Assembly (NCBI GenBank): GCA_951406725.2
Contig: OX597827.1
Location: 63,674,001 to 63,738,000, forward strand
Direction of reading: 5' to 3'
DNA from: Octopus vulgaris
Taxonomy: Eukaryota
DNA: 64,000 bases
Made by a program: the position numbers and the translations under genes. The notes beneath the pieces are model-generated. The model was not told the origin of the DNA. It searched no databases and saw only the letters and a list, made by a program, of their open reading frames with translations. Below are positions 13,417 through 27,149 of this stretch, piece by piece (position 1 is the first letter of the stretch; every line of letters begins with the position of its first letter).

Positions 13417-13419
<3 letters not shown>

Positions 13420-13615
13420 TCATCATCATCATCATCATCGTTTAACGTCCGTTTTCCGCGCTAGCACGAGTTGGACGGTTCGACCGGGGTCTGGGAAGCC
13501 AAGGGTTGCACCAGGCTCCAGTCTGATCTAGCAGTGTTTCTACAGCTGGATGCCCTTCCTAACGCCAACCACTCTCCGCAAGTGTAGTGGGTGCTTTTTA
13601 CGTGCCACCTGCACA

Positions 13616-13618
<3 letters not shown>
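13417..13618 (-). mobile_element. SINE family C, 3' part
   Basis: (cat)n-cgtttaacgtccg...ggatgcccttcctaacgccaacc. Confidence 0.8.
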
Positions 13619-13651
<33 letters not shown>

Positions 13652-13702
13652 GTAAGGCATAAATAATAGTCATTACATATTTTACTTTATTGAAGTAAAT
13701 TT

Positions 13703-13824
13703 GACTTACAGCTGTTTCCAGTAATCATTATAGGTTCGTTATTGGCAAGTTTACTCAAACAGCCCATTGATAGGTTGAGAAAAATTGAATGACCTAGAAA
13801 GTTAATGTTACTTTCATCAGAGTC
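13703..13824 (-). ncRNA. Type-I hammerhead ribozyme motif with intact core and a long stem-II insertion
   Basis: Minus strand: GACT CTGATGA a AGTAA..(~85 nt)..TTACT g GAAA C AGCT GT A AGTC; stem I GACT/AGTC; palindromic stem III. Confidence 0.65.
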
Positions 13825-14369
13825 ATTTCTGATTATATATATATTTAATAAGTTTAATAAAATTTAATATGTACTCAATGCATGAAGTGTCATTATTGGG
13901 TCCAAGGTCCAATGAAGAGCCCTCCACGGGAGCTAGCCTAAAAGCCACCTGATACGGTGGCTTTTAAGCTGGTGAAGGTATAACTGCTCAAATTGTTTTT
14001 TAGAATGTAGCATTTTTTCCTACAACAATGACAGCTTTTACCGTCAAGTTAGTTCTACTGTTTACATTTGATGTCAAAAACACAATTTGAGTATGTTTAT
14101 AGGATTCTGTTTTATGTGTCAGCATATATTAATATTAAGTGTTGGTGTGGATGTGTGGTTGAGAGGCTTGCTTTGCAATCACATCGTTTCAGGTTCAATC
14201 CTAGTGCATAGCACCCTGGACAAGTATTTTCGACTTTGACTTTCATCCTTTCAGGGTTGATAAATTTAATGGGGTCGATCTAATCAATTGGCCCCCTCCC
14301 CACCAAATTTCAGGCCTTGTGCCTATAGTAGAAAGGATTATTTGTGTTTCTACATGACATCTAGAGTAC

Positions 14370-15080
14370 TGGTTTCAAATTTTGGCACAAGGCCAGCAAT
14401 TGTGGGGGAGAGTGCAAATCAATCACACTGGCCCCAGTATGCAACAGGTATTTATTTTATCAACCCTGGAAGTATAAAAGGCAAAGTCAACCCCTGGCAG
14501 CATTTAAACTCTGAACGTAAAGAGTTATAAAATGCCACTCAGCATTTTTCCCATTGTACGACCAATTCTGCTGGCTCATCACTCAATACATTGTAAGAAT
14601 AAGGCAGCATGCTGGCAGAAACATTAGCACGCCAGGCAAAATTCTTAGCAGTTAGGTTCTGAGTTCAAATTCCGCCGAGGTCAACTTTGCCTTTCATCCT
14701 TTTGGGGTTGATAAATTAAGTACCAGTTGTGTACTGTGGTTGATCTAATTGGCTGGTCCCCTCTCCAAAAATTCCGAGCCTTGTGCCTAGACTAGATGAG
14801 ATTATTTAAGGCGGCAAGCTAGCAGAAACGTTAGCACGCCAGGCGAAATGCGTAGCCGTATTTCGTATGCTGTTACATTCTGAGTTCAAATTCCACCGAG
14901 GTCAGCTTTGCCTTTCATCCTTTCGGGGTCGATTAAATAAGTATCAGTTACGCACTGGAGTTGATATAATCGACTTAATCCGTTTGTCTGTCCTTGTTTG
15001 TCCCCTCTGTGTGTAGCCCCTTGTGGGCAGTAAAGAAATAAGAAACATTAGCACACCAGGCAAAATTCTTAGCGGTATTT
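14370..15080. mobile_element. Cluster of SINE family B copies (one minus, two plus; full copy about 14809-15040)
   Basis: ggcggc.agct.gcagaaacgttagcacg head, GAGTTCAAATTCC B box, gcctttcatcctttcggggtcg central domain (Meta-domain-like, from memory). Confidence 0.8.
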
Positions 15081-15546
15081 CAATAATATATCTTAAATAT
15101 TGATATCACGTATATCAATAATATATATATAATATTGTTGTTGTTATTTGATACAGGGTAAGTGCTATGATCAAGGCTACAGCAGTGATTGTCTCATCAT
15201 CGTTTATTTTCTCTTTCGCTTTTCAGATATATGTGCAGCAATGATTGTAATGTTAACAAGATTGCTTTGCATCCATATGATTTTGTGCTCAATCTCACCA
15301 TGTGACACCTTGGGCAGATGCATTCTTCTAAAGCCACTGGTCACAACCAATACCTCATTAGTGAATTTTGTAAATGGAAACTGTGTAGATATCTGTCCTG
15401 TATATATATATGTGTGTGGATCGTATATATATATATATATATATCACCTTCACTGACCAGTCCGTCAGGCGTCCATTTGATACTGCTGGTCGCAGCACGC
15501 TGTCCACTCCTCTCTGGATCGTGCATATATATATATATATATATAT

Positions 15547-15778
15547 ACGTTTATTTACTACCCACAAGGGGCTAAACATAGTGGAGACAAACAAGGACAG
15601 ACACACGGATTAAGTCGATTACATCGACCCCAGTGCGTTACTGGTACTTAATTTATCGACCCCGAAAGGATGAAAGGCAAAGTCGACCTCGGCGGAATTT
15701 GAACTCAGAACGTAGCGACGGGCGAAATACCGCGAAGCACTTCGCCCGGCGTGCTAACGTCTCTGCCAGTTCGCCGCC
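15547..15778 (-). mobile_element. SINE family B, full length and young (CpGs retained)
   Basis: Reverse complement of the 44064-44296 type. Confidence 0.9.
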
Positions 15779-15809
15779 AATATATATATATATATATAGA
15801 TAGATATAT

Positions 15810-15990
15810 ACATGTGGATTGTTGGCAATTTTTCTCCTCCATCTTCCTTTTCTCTTGGACTTTCCTCCATCTCCTGTTTCTGATGAAGATCTTTGCTCAA
15901 AACATAAAACTACCTTTCTTTCCTTCCCTGAGCATATGCTAATACTTTGCATGTACCATATCCTCACGTTGTTGATTTTTTCTTGTGTTT
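15810..15990 (+). mobile_element. Hammerhead-bearing repeat family H1, decayed
   Basis: GTTT CTGATGA A GATC ttt GCTC AAAA CATA AAAC at 15876-15910. Confidence 0.6.
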
Positions 15991-15992
15991 GT

Positions 15993-16385
15993 TCATCATC
16001 ATTTAACATCCGCTTTCCATGCTAGCATAGGTTGGATGATTTGACTGAGGACTGGCGAACCAGATGGCTGCACCGGCTCCAATCTGATCTGGCAGAGTTT
16101 CTACAGCTGGATGCCCTTCCTAATGCCAATCACTCTGAGAGTGTAGTGGGTACCTTTACGTGCCACCTGCACAGGAGCCAGTCCAGTGGCACTGGCAACG
16201 ACCTTGCTCGAATGTGTTTTCACGTGCCACCGGCACAAGTGCTCGTAAGGCAACACTGGTAACAATCATGCTTGTATGGTGCTTTTTACATGCCACCGGC
16301 ACGGAAGCCAGTTAGCTGCTCTGGCAATGATCACACTTGGATGGTGCACTTAGTGCTCAACTAGCACAGATGCCAGTCACTGAAT
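15993..16385 (-). mobile_element. SINE family C
   Basis: Close similarity to 63607-64000. Confidence 0.8.
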
Positions 16386-16412
16386 TTGATCTATATACAC
16401 ACACACACACAC

Positions 16413-16469
<57 letters not shown>

Positions 16470-16579
16470 TAAAGTTACATAAGGCTGATTTATGGGATTA
16501 CTCTGGGTTTCAAGTCCAATAGCTAAAGCTTTATAGTGTACCATCAGATCCTAAACCTATTGGCCTATGGCCTCTCTGT

Positions 16580-16610
<31 letters not shown>

Positions 16611-17249
16611 TGTATGCATGTGTGTATGTATGTATGCATAAATGCTTGTGGACATGTGTCTGTTTTACTGTTAGTCCACCACTACTTGACAACTTGTTTT
16701 CATTTCTATATGTCCTCATAACTTAGCGGTTCGGCAAAAGAGACTGGCAGAATAAGTGGTGGGGTCAATTTGTTTGACTAAACCCTTCAAAGTGGAGCCC
16801 AAGTATGACCAAAGTCCAATGACTGAAAGAAACAAACAACAAAAAAAATAACAGTGATTTTGAGAGGAGTTTCACTACCATTTCTAGCAATTTGAACATC
16901 CATGGAGAAGCTTCTCCATTGACTCAGGATAATGAACTTAAGGATTATTATAACATCCTAAGTCTCAGTAAATGGGTTCACAGAGGACAAACCCAATTGA
17001 TCAACAGTCAAAGGGTATATGTACTATTGATTAGGGGTCGTTGAGTACATATATTGATCAGGGATCTATCTGACTGTTGGCCTTTTTATCTTCAGTTATT
17101 GAATTATAATTTAGTCATTTGATTGTGTTTTTTGTGGGTTTTGTTTATCTCTAGATTAGCTTCCAATGAATTGATTTATTATCAAAGGCCTTCCATATAT
17201 GGCCATCCATCAGCTTTGTATATCAAGGACTATATTCTGAATGTGCCTA

Positions 17250-17915
17250 TAGTTGAGCAAATCAACCCCAGGGCTTATTCTCTGTAAGCTTAGTACTTAT
17301 TCTCTCAGTCTCTTTTGCCGAACCACTAAGTTAAGGTGATGTGAACACACCACCATCTGTTGTCAAGTGATGTTGCGGGGACAAACACATACACACAAAC
17401 ATACACACACACACACACACATATATATATGACAGTGAAGGCACATGGCTCAATGGTTAAAATGTCGAGCTTATGATCGCGAGGTTGTGAGTTCAAATCC
17501 CGGACCGGGCTGCATGTTGTGTTCTTGAGCAAGACACTTTATTTCACGTTGCTCCAGTTCACTCAGCTGTAGAAATGAGCTGCGACGTCACTGGTACCAA
17601 GCTATATCGGCCTTTGTCTTTCCCTTGGATAACACTGGTGGCGTGGAGAGGGGTGACTGCTGGTCTTCCATAAACAACCTTACCCGGACTTGTGCCTCAG
17701 AGGATAACTTTCTTGGTTCAATCCCATGGTCAGTCATGACTGAAGGGGGTCTCAGCATATTTATGACAGGCTTCTTTCAGTTTCCTTCTACCAAATCTAC
17801 TCATAAGGCTGAGGCAGTAGTAGAAGACACTTGCATAAGGTCCCACACTGTGGGACTGAACTCGGAACCATGTGGTTGGTAAGCAAGCTACTTACCACAC
17901 AACCACTCCTGCACC
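17250..17915 (-). mobile_element. SINE family A interrupted in its internal microsatellite by a family E SINE
   Basis: A halves at about 17250-17430 and 17757-17915. Confidence 0.75.
17436..17752 (+). mobile_element. CORE-like tRNA SINE family E with a third tail type and ~13-bp TSD
   Basis: TGGCTCAATGG / GAGTTCAAATCC boxes; atat.tatgacag on both sides. Confidence 0.8.
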
Positions 17916-18006
17916 TAGAAGTATACATGTGTCTATGTTTGTATACATATATCAATATCTCTTTTGTATATTGTTTAGGTCTCTCTAAATTATAATTGTA
18001 TTTGTA

Positions 18007-18078
<72 letters not shown>

Positions 18079-18325
18079 TACATATATACACATAGATATT
18101 ATTTTTATATGAGGATATATGTTTATACATATATGTACATATGTAGATATATGTATAAATATTTATATTTATGTATTTATATGTATATACATACATGTAT
18201 ACATATTTATAAATATATACATATACATATATGTATATGTATATACATATATATATATGTGTATATCCATATGTAAATACATGTACATATGTATATACAT
18301 ATATGTAATATATATATACACACAT

Positions 18326-18373
<48 letters not shown>

Positions 18374-18649
18374 GCACACACACATACACACACACACACA
18401 CAAATATGTACACATAAATACATACACACAATTGCAAAGCTTGCAGTTTTCAATATATATATATATATTTAGAGAGAGAGAGAGGGAGAGAGTTTTAAAT
18501 ACGTGTGGGGCATGGCTTTCCATATTATTTTGAAATTTATGAGGATTTTCTAAGGATTTGTATATTCAGAGATTTTAGAATTTTTTAAAATTTATGTCTT
18601 TCAGTATTTTCTTCAGATAGAATATTTATATTTGCCATATTGCAATTCG

Positions 18650-18704
18650 TATGATAATAATAATCGTAATAATAACGATGATAATAATAATGATAATGAT
18701 GATG

Positions 18705-18753
<49 letters not shown>

Positions 18754-18992
18754 TAATAATAATGATAATAATGATAATAATAATAATGATAATAATAATA
18801 ATGATAATAATGATAATAATAATAATAATAATAATAATGATAATAATAATAATGATAATAATAATAATAATGATAATAATAATAATAGTAATAATAATGA
18901 TAATAATAATAATAATAATGATAATAATAATGATAATAATGATAATAATAATAATGATAATAATAATAATAATGATAATAATAATAATAATA
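18650..18992. repeat. (AAT/GAT)n microsatellite, about 340 bp
   Basis: Seen directly. Confidence 0.95.
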
Positions 18993-19209
18993 AAGGGAAG
19001 TGGAAGGAGGAGAAGAATTTCGTTCATTCGCCACAGGGACATCGGATGAGGGGAACATTATATAGACAGTTTAGAATTTGTGTTGCGGTGGGAGATAGCA
19101 GGGGTTTAGGGGGGGGTGCATAAAAGATGAGGGGGGAAATGAGATAACAATAGACGCAGTATACAAAATAACAACAACGGCAACAACAACAACAACAGCA
19201 ATAATAACT

Positions 19210-19293
19210 ATGATAATTATTATTGTCTTTATTGTTGCTGTAGCTATTATTCTTGCTATTATTATTATTATTATTATTATTATTGTTATTATT

Positions 19294-19337
<44 letters not shown>

Positions 19338-19345
19338 CATTATTA

Positions 19346-19376
<31 letters not shown>

Positions 19377-19471
19377 TATTATTATCATTATTATTATTAT
19401 TATCATTATCATTATTATTATTATCATTATTATTATTATTATTATCATTATTATCATTATTATTATCATTA

Positions 19472-19502
<31 letters not shown>

Positions 19503-19567
19503 TATTATTATTATCATTATCATTATTATTATTATCATTATTATTATTATTATTATTATCATTATTA

Positions 19568-19607
<40 letters not shown>

Positions 19608-19615
19608 CATTATTA

Positions 19616-19656
<41 letters not shown>

Positions 19657-19670
19657 CTATTATTATCATT
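19210..19670. repeat. (ATT/ATC)n microsatellite, about 460 bp
   Basis: Seen directly. Confidence 0.95.
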
Positions 19671-19875
19671 AGTGTTGTCGTTTTATGTTTGTGTCGTGTA
19701 ATTTTATGTATCTTTATATTAGCCCTTGTGGCTAATAAAAAAATATTATTATTATGATTATTATTGTTGTTGTTGTTGTATTGTCTCTCTTGTCCTTCTC
19801 CTTGGTGGCATATTAAGGAAATCATCATCATCATCATCATCATCGTTGTTTTGTTACATTTGTTTGATATATATC

Positions 19876-19914
<39 letters not shown>

Positions 19915-20204
19915 TTGTTTTATTTTTATTCTATTTTATTTTCGTTATACGAAGAAATGAAAAAAAAAAAGGGGGAAAAGAAACTGCCCCCCCGTCCCCC
20001 CGCCCTCCGCCAAATTTCTGTTACGGCATAGATCCTATTTTAAAAGCAGCTTAGATTATCGGAAAGAAATAAAAACGGTGTCGTGTGAGAAGTAATTTCG
20101 TTTCCCAATACAACATCCCGACATTTCTGTGCAACCATCCACCCCGTCTTCTCCCCCCATATACACCGGTGCGTCGACCTCCCACCCCTATCCCACCTTA
20201 CACC

Positions 20205-20748
20205 CCACTGCTACAACTCTCACCACCACCACCACCACCAGTACTACAACCACCACCACTACCATTACTACCACCACCACCACCATTGCCACCACCACCA
20301 CCACCACCATCATCACTACTACTACTATCACCACCACCACTACTACTACTACCATCGCCACTACCATTACTACCACTACCACCACTACTACTACTATCAC
20401 CATCACCACCACCACTACCATTACTACCACCACCACCACCACCACTACTACTACCATCACCACCACCACCACCACCACTACTACTACCACCACCACCACC
20501 ACTACCGTTACTACCACCACCACCACCACCACCACCACTACTACTACCATCACCACCACCACTACCATTACCACCACCACCACCACCACTACTACTACCA
20601 CCATCACCACCACTACCATTACTACCACCACCACCACCACCACCACCACTACTACTACTACCACTACCACCACTATCATCATCACCATCACCACTATCAC
20701 TGCCACTGCTACTACCACTACTACCACCACCACCATCACCATCAACAA
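20205..20748. repeat. (CAC/TAC)n microsatellite
   Basis: Seen directly; source of the poly-P/T/V ORFs. Confidence 0.95.
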
Positions 20749-21344
20749 TGTCTTTTTTAGTACTACTTACTTGAGTCTACGAGAGTGACTGCTTTATGGT
20801 CATTAGACATACTAGAAATAGCAAGTAAATGTCCTTCAAATCAAATCCTTAAAAAAGAAAGGATCCATAAGGCAATGTACTCTAAGGTACTCTTCTCCTC
20901 CAAAAACCAGGATGGTCATCACTGGAATACTTTCAATGACAGGTCTGTCCTGTAACAGTTGGCCTTGGGCTAAACAACAGTGAAAGACAGAGATAGTGGC
21001 TTCTTTGTAGTTGCTTGACCTACTAGAAATAGCAACCAAATCTGCTTCTAATTTCATGCTGCTGTTTAAATAAAGAGATGGAAGAGGCATTGGAGAATGT
21101 AGACTTAGCTAATACTGAAAAAAATTAATACACTAGGTCATGGATGGAATGCCTTGGATCATAGGTCTGCTCGACTGAAGCTGACCTGAATGGAAACAAT
21201 AACAGCAACAACAACAACAACAAAAGTGGGGGTAGTGGGAGATATCTTTTTCTATGAGTACTCGACTTGCTAGAAACAGCAGCCAAATTTATCTTCTGAA
21301 TGGTCAAGCTGACTGGGTGGGGTGGGGGGTTAATGACATCTTCG

Positions 21345-21396
21345 CAACCACCACCACCATCATCATCATCAACAGCAGCACCTGCACGACCACCAC

Positions 21397-21434
<38 letters not shown>

Positions 21435-22350
21435 GTATCATCATCATCATCATCATCATCAACAACAGTAGCAGCAACAGCATCACCAGCACTATCATCA
21501 TCGTCATTGCTGCACAGCTACCACAAACACTATCTCTACTGCAGCTTGTACTACAGCCAATACTACCACTAAGCACTATAAACATTGCCAACAACAATAC
21601 CACAGAAAATGACCCCAACCACTAATGCCATCACACTATCACTGTCACCTATACTATCATCACCATCATCATCATCACATCTTCATCACCATAATCATCA
21701 TCACCATCACCTTCATCATCATAATTATCATCATCATCACCATCATTGTCATCACCATCATCATCACATCTTCATCACCATCACCTTCATCATCATAATT
21801 ACCATCATCATTATCATCATCATAATTATCATCATCATATCATCATCATCACCATCATTGTCATCACCATCATCATCACATCTTCATCACCATAATCATC
21901 ATCACCATCACCTTCATCATCATAATTACTATCATCATTATCATCATCATCACCATCATTGTCATCACCATCATCATGATTCTCACCTTCATCTTCACCA
22001 TCATCATCACATCTTCATCACCATCATCATCATCACCATCACCTTCATCACCATCATCATCATCACCATCACCTTCATCATCATAATTATCATCATCATT
22101 ATCATCATCATCATCATCATTGTCATCACCATCATCATGATTCTCACCGTCATTTTCACCATCATCGCCACCATTATCATCACAACCGCAGCTCACACCT
22201 TACCTGTCACCTCCACCAGGACAATTGTTGTTACTACTACTATTACTAATACTAATACTACCATCATCATCATCATCATTGCTACTAAACCACTACCACC
22301 ACCACAACCACCACCACCACCAAAGCCACCACTACTACTACTACTACTAC
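21345..22350. repeat. (CAT/CAC)n compound microsatellite with internal duplication
   Basis: The block catcacatcttcatcaccataatcatcatcaccatcaccttc is repeated at about 21673 and 21874. Confidence 0.9.
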
Positions 22351-22448
22351 CGTAATCGTGACCATAGCTATTTCGAGCCTAGCTTCCAGTTGTCTTCTTT
22401 TCATTTTTAAGTCTGTTTACTATTTGTATGTCTCTCCTGGAATATGGT

Positions 22449-22484
<36 letters not shown>

Positions 22485-22750
22485 AGAGATGCGAAGCAGG
22501 CAAGCAGGCAGCTTCATCTCACTGATGTATGAATGAATGCTAGAGTTGATGGATGGATGGATGCTGAGAGATATACAGGGAGATAATCAATGACAGACAT
22601 ACGAAATGCTGGATAAATTGGTAGGTATGTAGAGATAGACAGACAGTTAGTCATGTTGACAGACAGACAGAAAGACAGATAGATATATGGATCGATAGAT
22701 AGGTTGAGAGATTGGTCGAGGAATAGACAAATATATATAACATATATATA

Positions 22751-22915
22751 GGCGTAGGAGTGGTTGTGTGGTAAGTATCTTGATTACCAACCACATGGTT
22801 CCGGGTTCAGTCCCACTGCATGGCACCTTGGGCAAGGGTCTTCTACTATAGCCTCGGGCCGACCAAAGCCTTGTGAGTGGATTTGGTAGACGGAAACTGA
22901 AAGAAGCCCATTGTA

Positions 22916-22968
<53 letters not shown>

Positions 22969-23030
22969 GTGTGTGTATATATTGTGTGTCTGAGTTTGTC
23001 CCCCCAAAATCGCTTATACATGTATATATA

Positions 23031-23066
<36 letters not shown>

Positions 23067-23092
23067 GATATATATATATATATGTATGTATG

Positions 23093-23142
<50 letters not shown>

Positions 23143-23386
23143 CAGGGTTGGCCAAAAGTTACCTGACAGTAAATCAAAATCTTTTTAATTCCAAGATTAA
23201 AACAAAAAATTTATTTTGTATGAGACTCCGCTAATGAATAGACAAATGTTGAAAAAACAAAAAAAATATCGGTGATTTTTATCTCACAGCATTCAATTAT
23301 TAAACATTCATAATTAGAATGATCAAAAATAATTGAATATTAAGTATTTATGGAATTTTGATTCACTGTCAGGCGATTTTTGGTCA

Positions 23387-23425
<39 letters not shown>

Positions 23426-23640
23426 CTGTGTTTGTTCCCCATCACCACCATCACTTGACAACCAATGCTGGTGTGCTAATGTCCCCATAACTTAGCGGTT
23501 CAGCAAAAGAGACCAATGGAATAAGTACTAAGCTTACAAAGAATAAATCCTGGATGGGGTGGGGGCGATTTCTTCGACAAAAAGGTGGTGCTCCAGCATG
23601 GCCACAGTCAAATGACTGACACAAATAAAAGAATGAAAGA
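22751..23640 (+). mobile_element. SINE family A with an expanded internal TA tract that hosts a MITE
   Basis: Head 22751-22910, tail 23420-23640. Confidence 0.8.
23143..23392. mobile_element. Tc1/mariner-type MITE (250 bp, ~38-bp TIR, TA target)
   Basis: cagggttggccaaaagttacctgacagtaaatcaaaat ... attttgattcactgtcaggcgatttttggtcaacccta, flanked by TA. Confidence 0.85.
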
Positions 23641-23933
23641 AGATATATATATATATCATCATCATCATCATCATCATCGTCATCATTGTTTAACGTCCGC
23701 TTTCCATGCGGGCATGGGTTGGATATATATATATGTATATATAGACAAGCCCTGCATTTGAAATTGAAGGGAAGATAAGTTTCACGTTAAGAATACCCAA
23801 ATTACTCCATGATCTTCAGGAACATGCTACCTCCAAAACTTGGGGGTATAAAATACGGCTATAGATAAATAGAGAGAAGGAGAGACAGATTAAAAGATAT
23901 ATAAGATAGAGATAGATAGATAGATAGACAGAC

Positions 23934-23967
<34 letters not shown>

Positions 23968-24115
23968 GCTGGCAGGTAGGCATCAGTTATTAGATAGTAC
24001 TCAATAGTGGGTGTAGAGAATTAGTGAAGTAAATAAAGAATATAATGTTGGCCAAATTCTGGAATAGTGTTTCACTATAGTTCCTTGTTTTTTTTAATCC
24101 TCAGAAATGTTACTC

Positions 24116-24162
<47 letters not shown>

Positions 24163-24315
24163 CTCTATATATAATATATGTAGTGTATTGTGTGTGTGTG
24201 TGTATATATATATGGTATGCATACCAACACAATATACACAAACTCACATACATATCAAATATATATATGTATACACTTATATATACGTGTATGTATAATC
24301 ACATGTATGAACATT

Positions 24316-24381
<66 letters not shown>

Positions 24382-24487
24382 GATAGACTCATACATAGAA
24401 ATATTGATAGATAGATTGGTAGATAAATAGATTAATAGATTCATTGGCTGATGGATAGAGGAATTAGATATATATATATATATATCT

Positions 24488-24572
<85 letters not shown>

Positions 24573-25147
24573 TAGGTATATTGATAGATAGACTAGTAGG
24601 TAAACAGATTAATAGATTCATTGGTTGATGGCTAAATAGAGGAATTAGATAGGTTGACTGATAGAATTAGATAGATAGATAGATAGATTGATTGATACAC
24701 AGAGAGGTTGATAGATGAATATATATATATATATATGTGTATATAGATGGTTGTAGATGTAGATGCAAAGAGCAAGTGCAGAAAAAAGATCAATAGAGAT
24801 GGCTTGGCTTTCTAGACGCACAGACAGACTGATGGACACACAGACAGATTTCTGCGCAGGCAGACAGGCAGTGCATCATACACATAATACAGACGAATGA
24901 TTCCGAATTCGAGGAGAATTCAATGCCGTTCTTTGCAGCGTTTATCATATCGGAGACAGCGAGTTAGTATTATCCTTCTGAGAGTATTTTTGTCTACTCC
25001 TGATGTTGTTGTTGTTGTTGTTATTGTTATTATTGTTACATTAGTCAGGGTACATTATTGTTGTTGTTGTTGTGGAAGCAGAGTCTTTTTTTTTTTGGTT
25101 GTTTTAGGTGTTGTTACTATTTACTTTCATTTATATTCTACCATCTG

Positions 25148-25251
25148 ATTATCATTATCATTACTATTATCATTATCATTATTATCATCATTATTATTAT
25201 TATTGAAACCACAATATTTTATTGTTATTATTATCAATATTTAAACCAATA

Positions 25252-25314
<63 letters not shown>

Positions 25315-25580
25315 TGTTATTGTTATTATTATCATTATTATTATTATTATCATTATTATTATCATTATTATCATTATTATTATCATTATTATTATCATTA
25401 TTATTATTATTATCATTATTATTATCATTATTATTATTATTATTATCATTATTATTATCATTATTATTATTATTATTATTATTGTTATTATTATTATTGA
25501 GTGAGAGAACAGCACATGCCATCAAAGTGACACTGGGGTAAAATATATACAAAGCCAGTATACCCATCACAACATTATTA

Positions 25581-25623
<43 letters not shown>

Positions 25624-25740
25624 CATTATTATTGAAGCTAATATATTATTATCGTCATCATTATCATCATCACCGTCATCATCATCTTCAACATTATTAT
25701 TGTCGATGTCGTCATCATCACTGTTGTAATCACCGTTACC
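25148..25740. repeat. (ATT/ATC)n microsatellite interrupted by a ~70-bp unique insert (25499-25570)
   Basis: Seen directly. Confidence 0.9.
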
Positions 25741-25926
25741 ATCATCGTCTATTTCTTCTTTCTTTTGCTGTCATTAAGGTTGTTTAACCCCAGGTCAGCC
25801 CTGATTGAGTAGACCCGTCGTTAAAAATGCCTCCATCGCAACTATGACCATCTCATCTTTCACACACTTACATATTCACATACGCACTAAATATATATAC
25901 ACACACACACATATATGTATACAAGT

Positions 25927-25957
<31 letters not shown>

Positions 25958-26080
25958 CACACGTACATATGTATATGTATACAAATACATATATATATAT
26001 ACACATATATATATATGTATCTGTGTGTGTGTCTATGTATATACACACACTCAGTCACACACGACAAACACCCACTCACA

Positions 26081-26137
<57 letters not shown>

Positions 26138-26186
26138 TCTGTGATCTTTAAAAATGAAAAAATATTAAGGACATTTTAGATATAGT

Positions 26187-26219
<33 letters not shown>

Positions 26220-27149
26220 CATCATCATCAATGGATGTTAAATGATGATGATGATGATGATGATATATGTATATATTGACTAATATCTAATATGTACTTA
26301 ATTTTTTTTTTTTTTTTTTAAAGATCATAGATTGTAATATAAGCAGTATTTGGCTGTTATATCTAGCCTGATGGACAGCAGTGTAGAAATTTCCTTATAG
26401 AATTATCATTTTTGTCGTTGTTGTTCTTGTTGGAGATATGTAGCGGTGTTCTTGCTTTTAGCATTGTGCTTGATTCTAGAAGTCATTCTAGTATCATATC
26501 AGTTCTGGTTAAAGGAAATCCATCCATGACCACCTCATCGTTTCAAGGTAGGAAGTAGGATATGTAAGACTGCTACATTATCCAATATCTCCTTTCCTTA
26601 TTTCTAAAGTTAACCTGCAGTTTAAGGAAGTGTAGGAGACTTGACTGCTATTTCTAACGTGTCAAGTGACCACATAATGGCTCCCTCTTTTCATTGATGT
26701 TGTAATTCTGTTTAGCATTGCCTGATTATAGAAGTTGCTGCTGTTACTACTACTGCTGCTGCTGTTATTGTTGTTTGACCCCCAAGTTAGCACTGTTTAA
26801 TCAGACCCTGTGATCCAGACCATTCCAACGGTGACCATCCTGTCTCTTAGTATATCTGTGACTGTAGTAGTATCATCATTAGCATTTTTGTTCTCATTTT
26901 GGTTTTTGGGTGTTTTAAAGACAAGGTGTAATTTTGAAGGAATTTTGGCTGCTACTTTCAGCTGGTCAAAATAACCACTCAAAGGACTTGCTCGTTGCTG
27001 CTGTTCTGAGTATTACTATGATATTATCACACACACACAGACAGACTGTTGTGGTTAGCTTGTCAGCAAGGTATGAATGTGGTGGTGGTGGTGGTAGTAG
27101 GTTTTCGCTTACTGTTAATAATTGCTACAGCTGCTCTTGATGTGTTGTC

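Noticed and set aside
18585-22355. Long poly-I/N/Y/P/T/H/V ORFs
   Set aside because: Translations of trinucleotide microsatellites, open in many frames, with no splice or domain context.
24897-25148. ORF MIPNSRRIQCRSLQRLSYRRQR...
   Set aside because: No recognisable homology, only a weak donor, and it runs into microsatellite.
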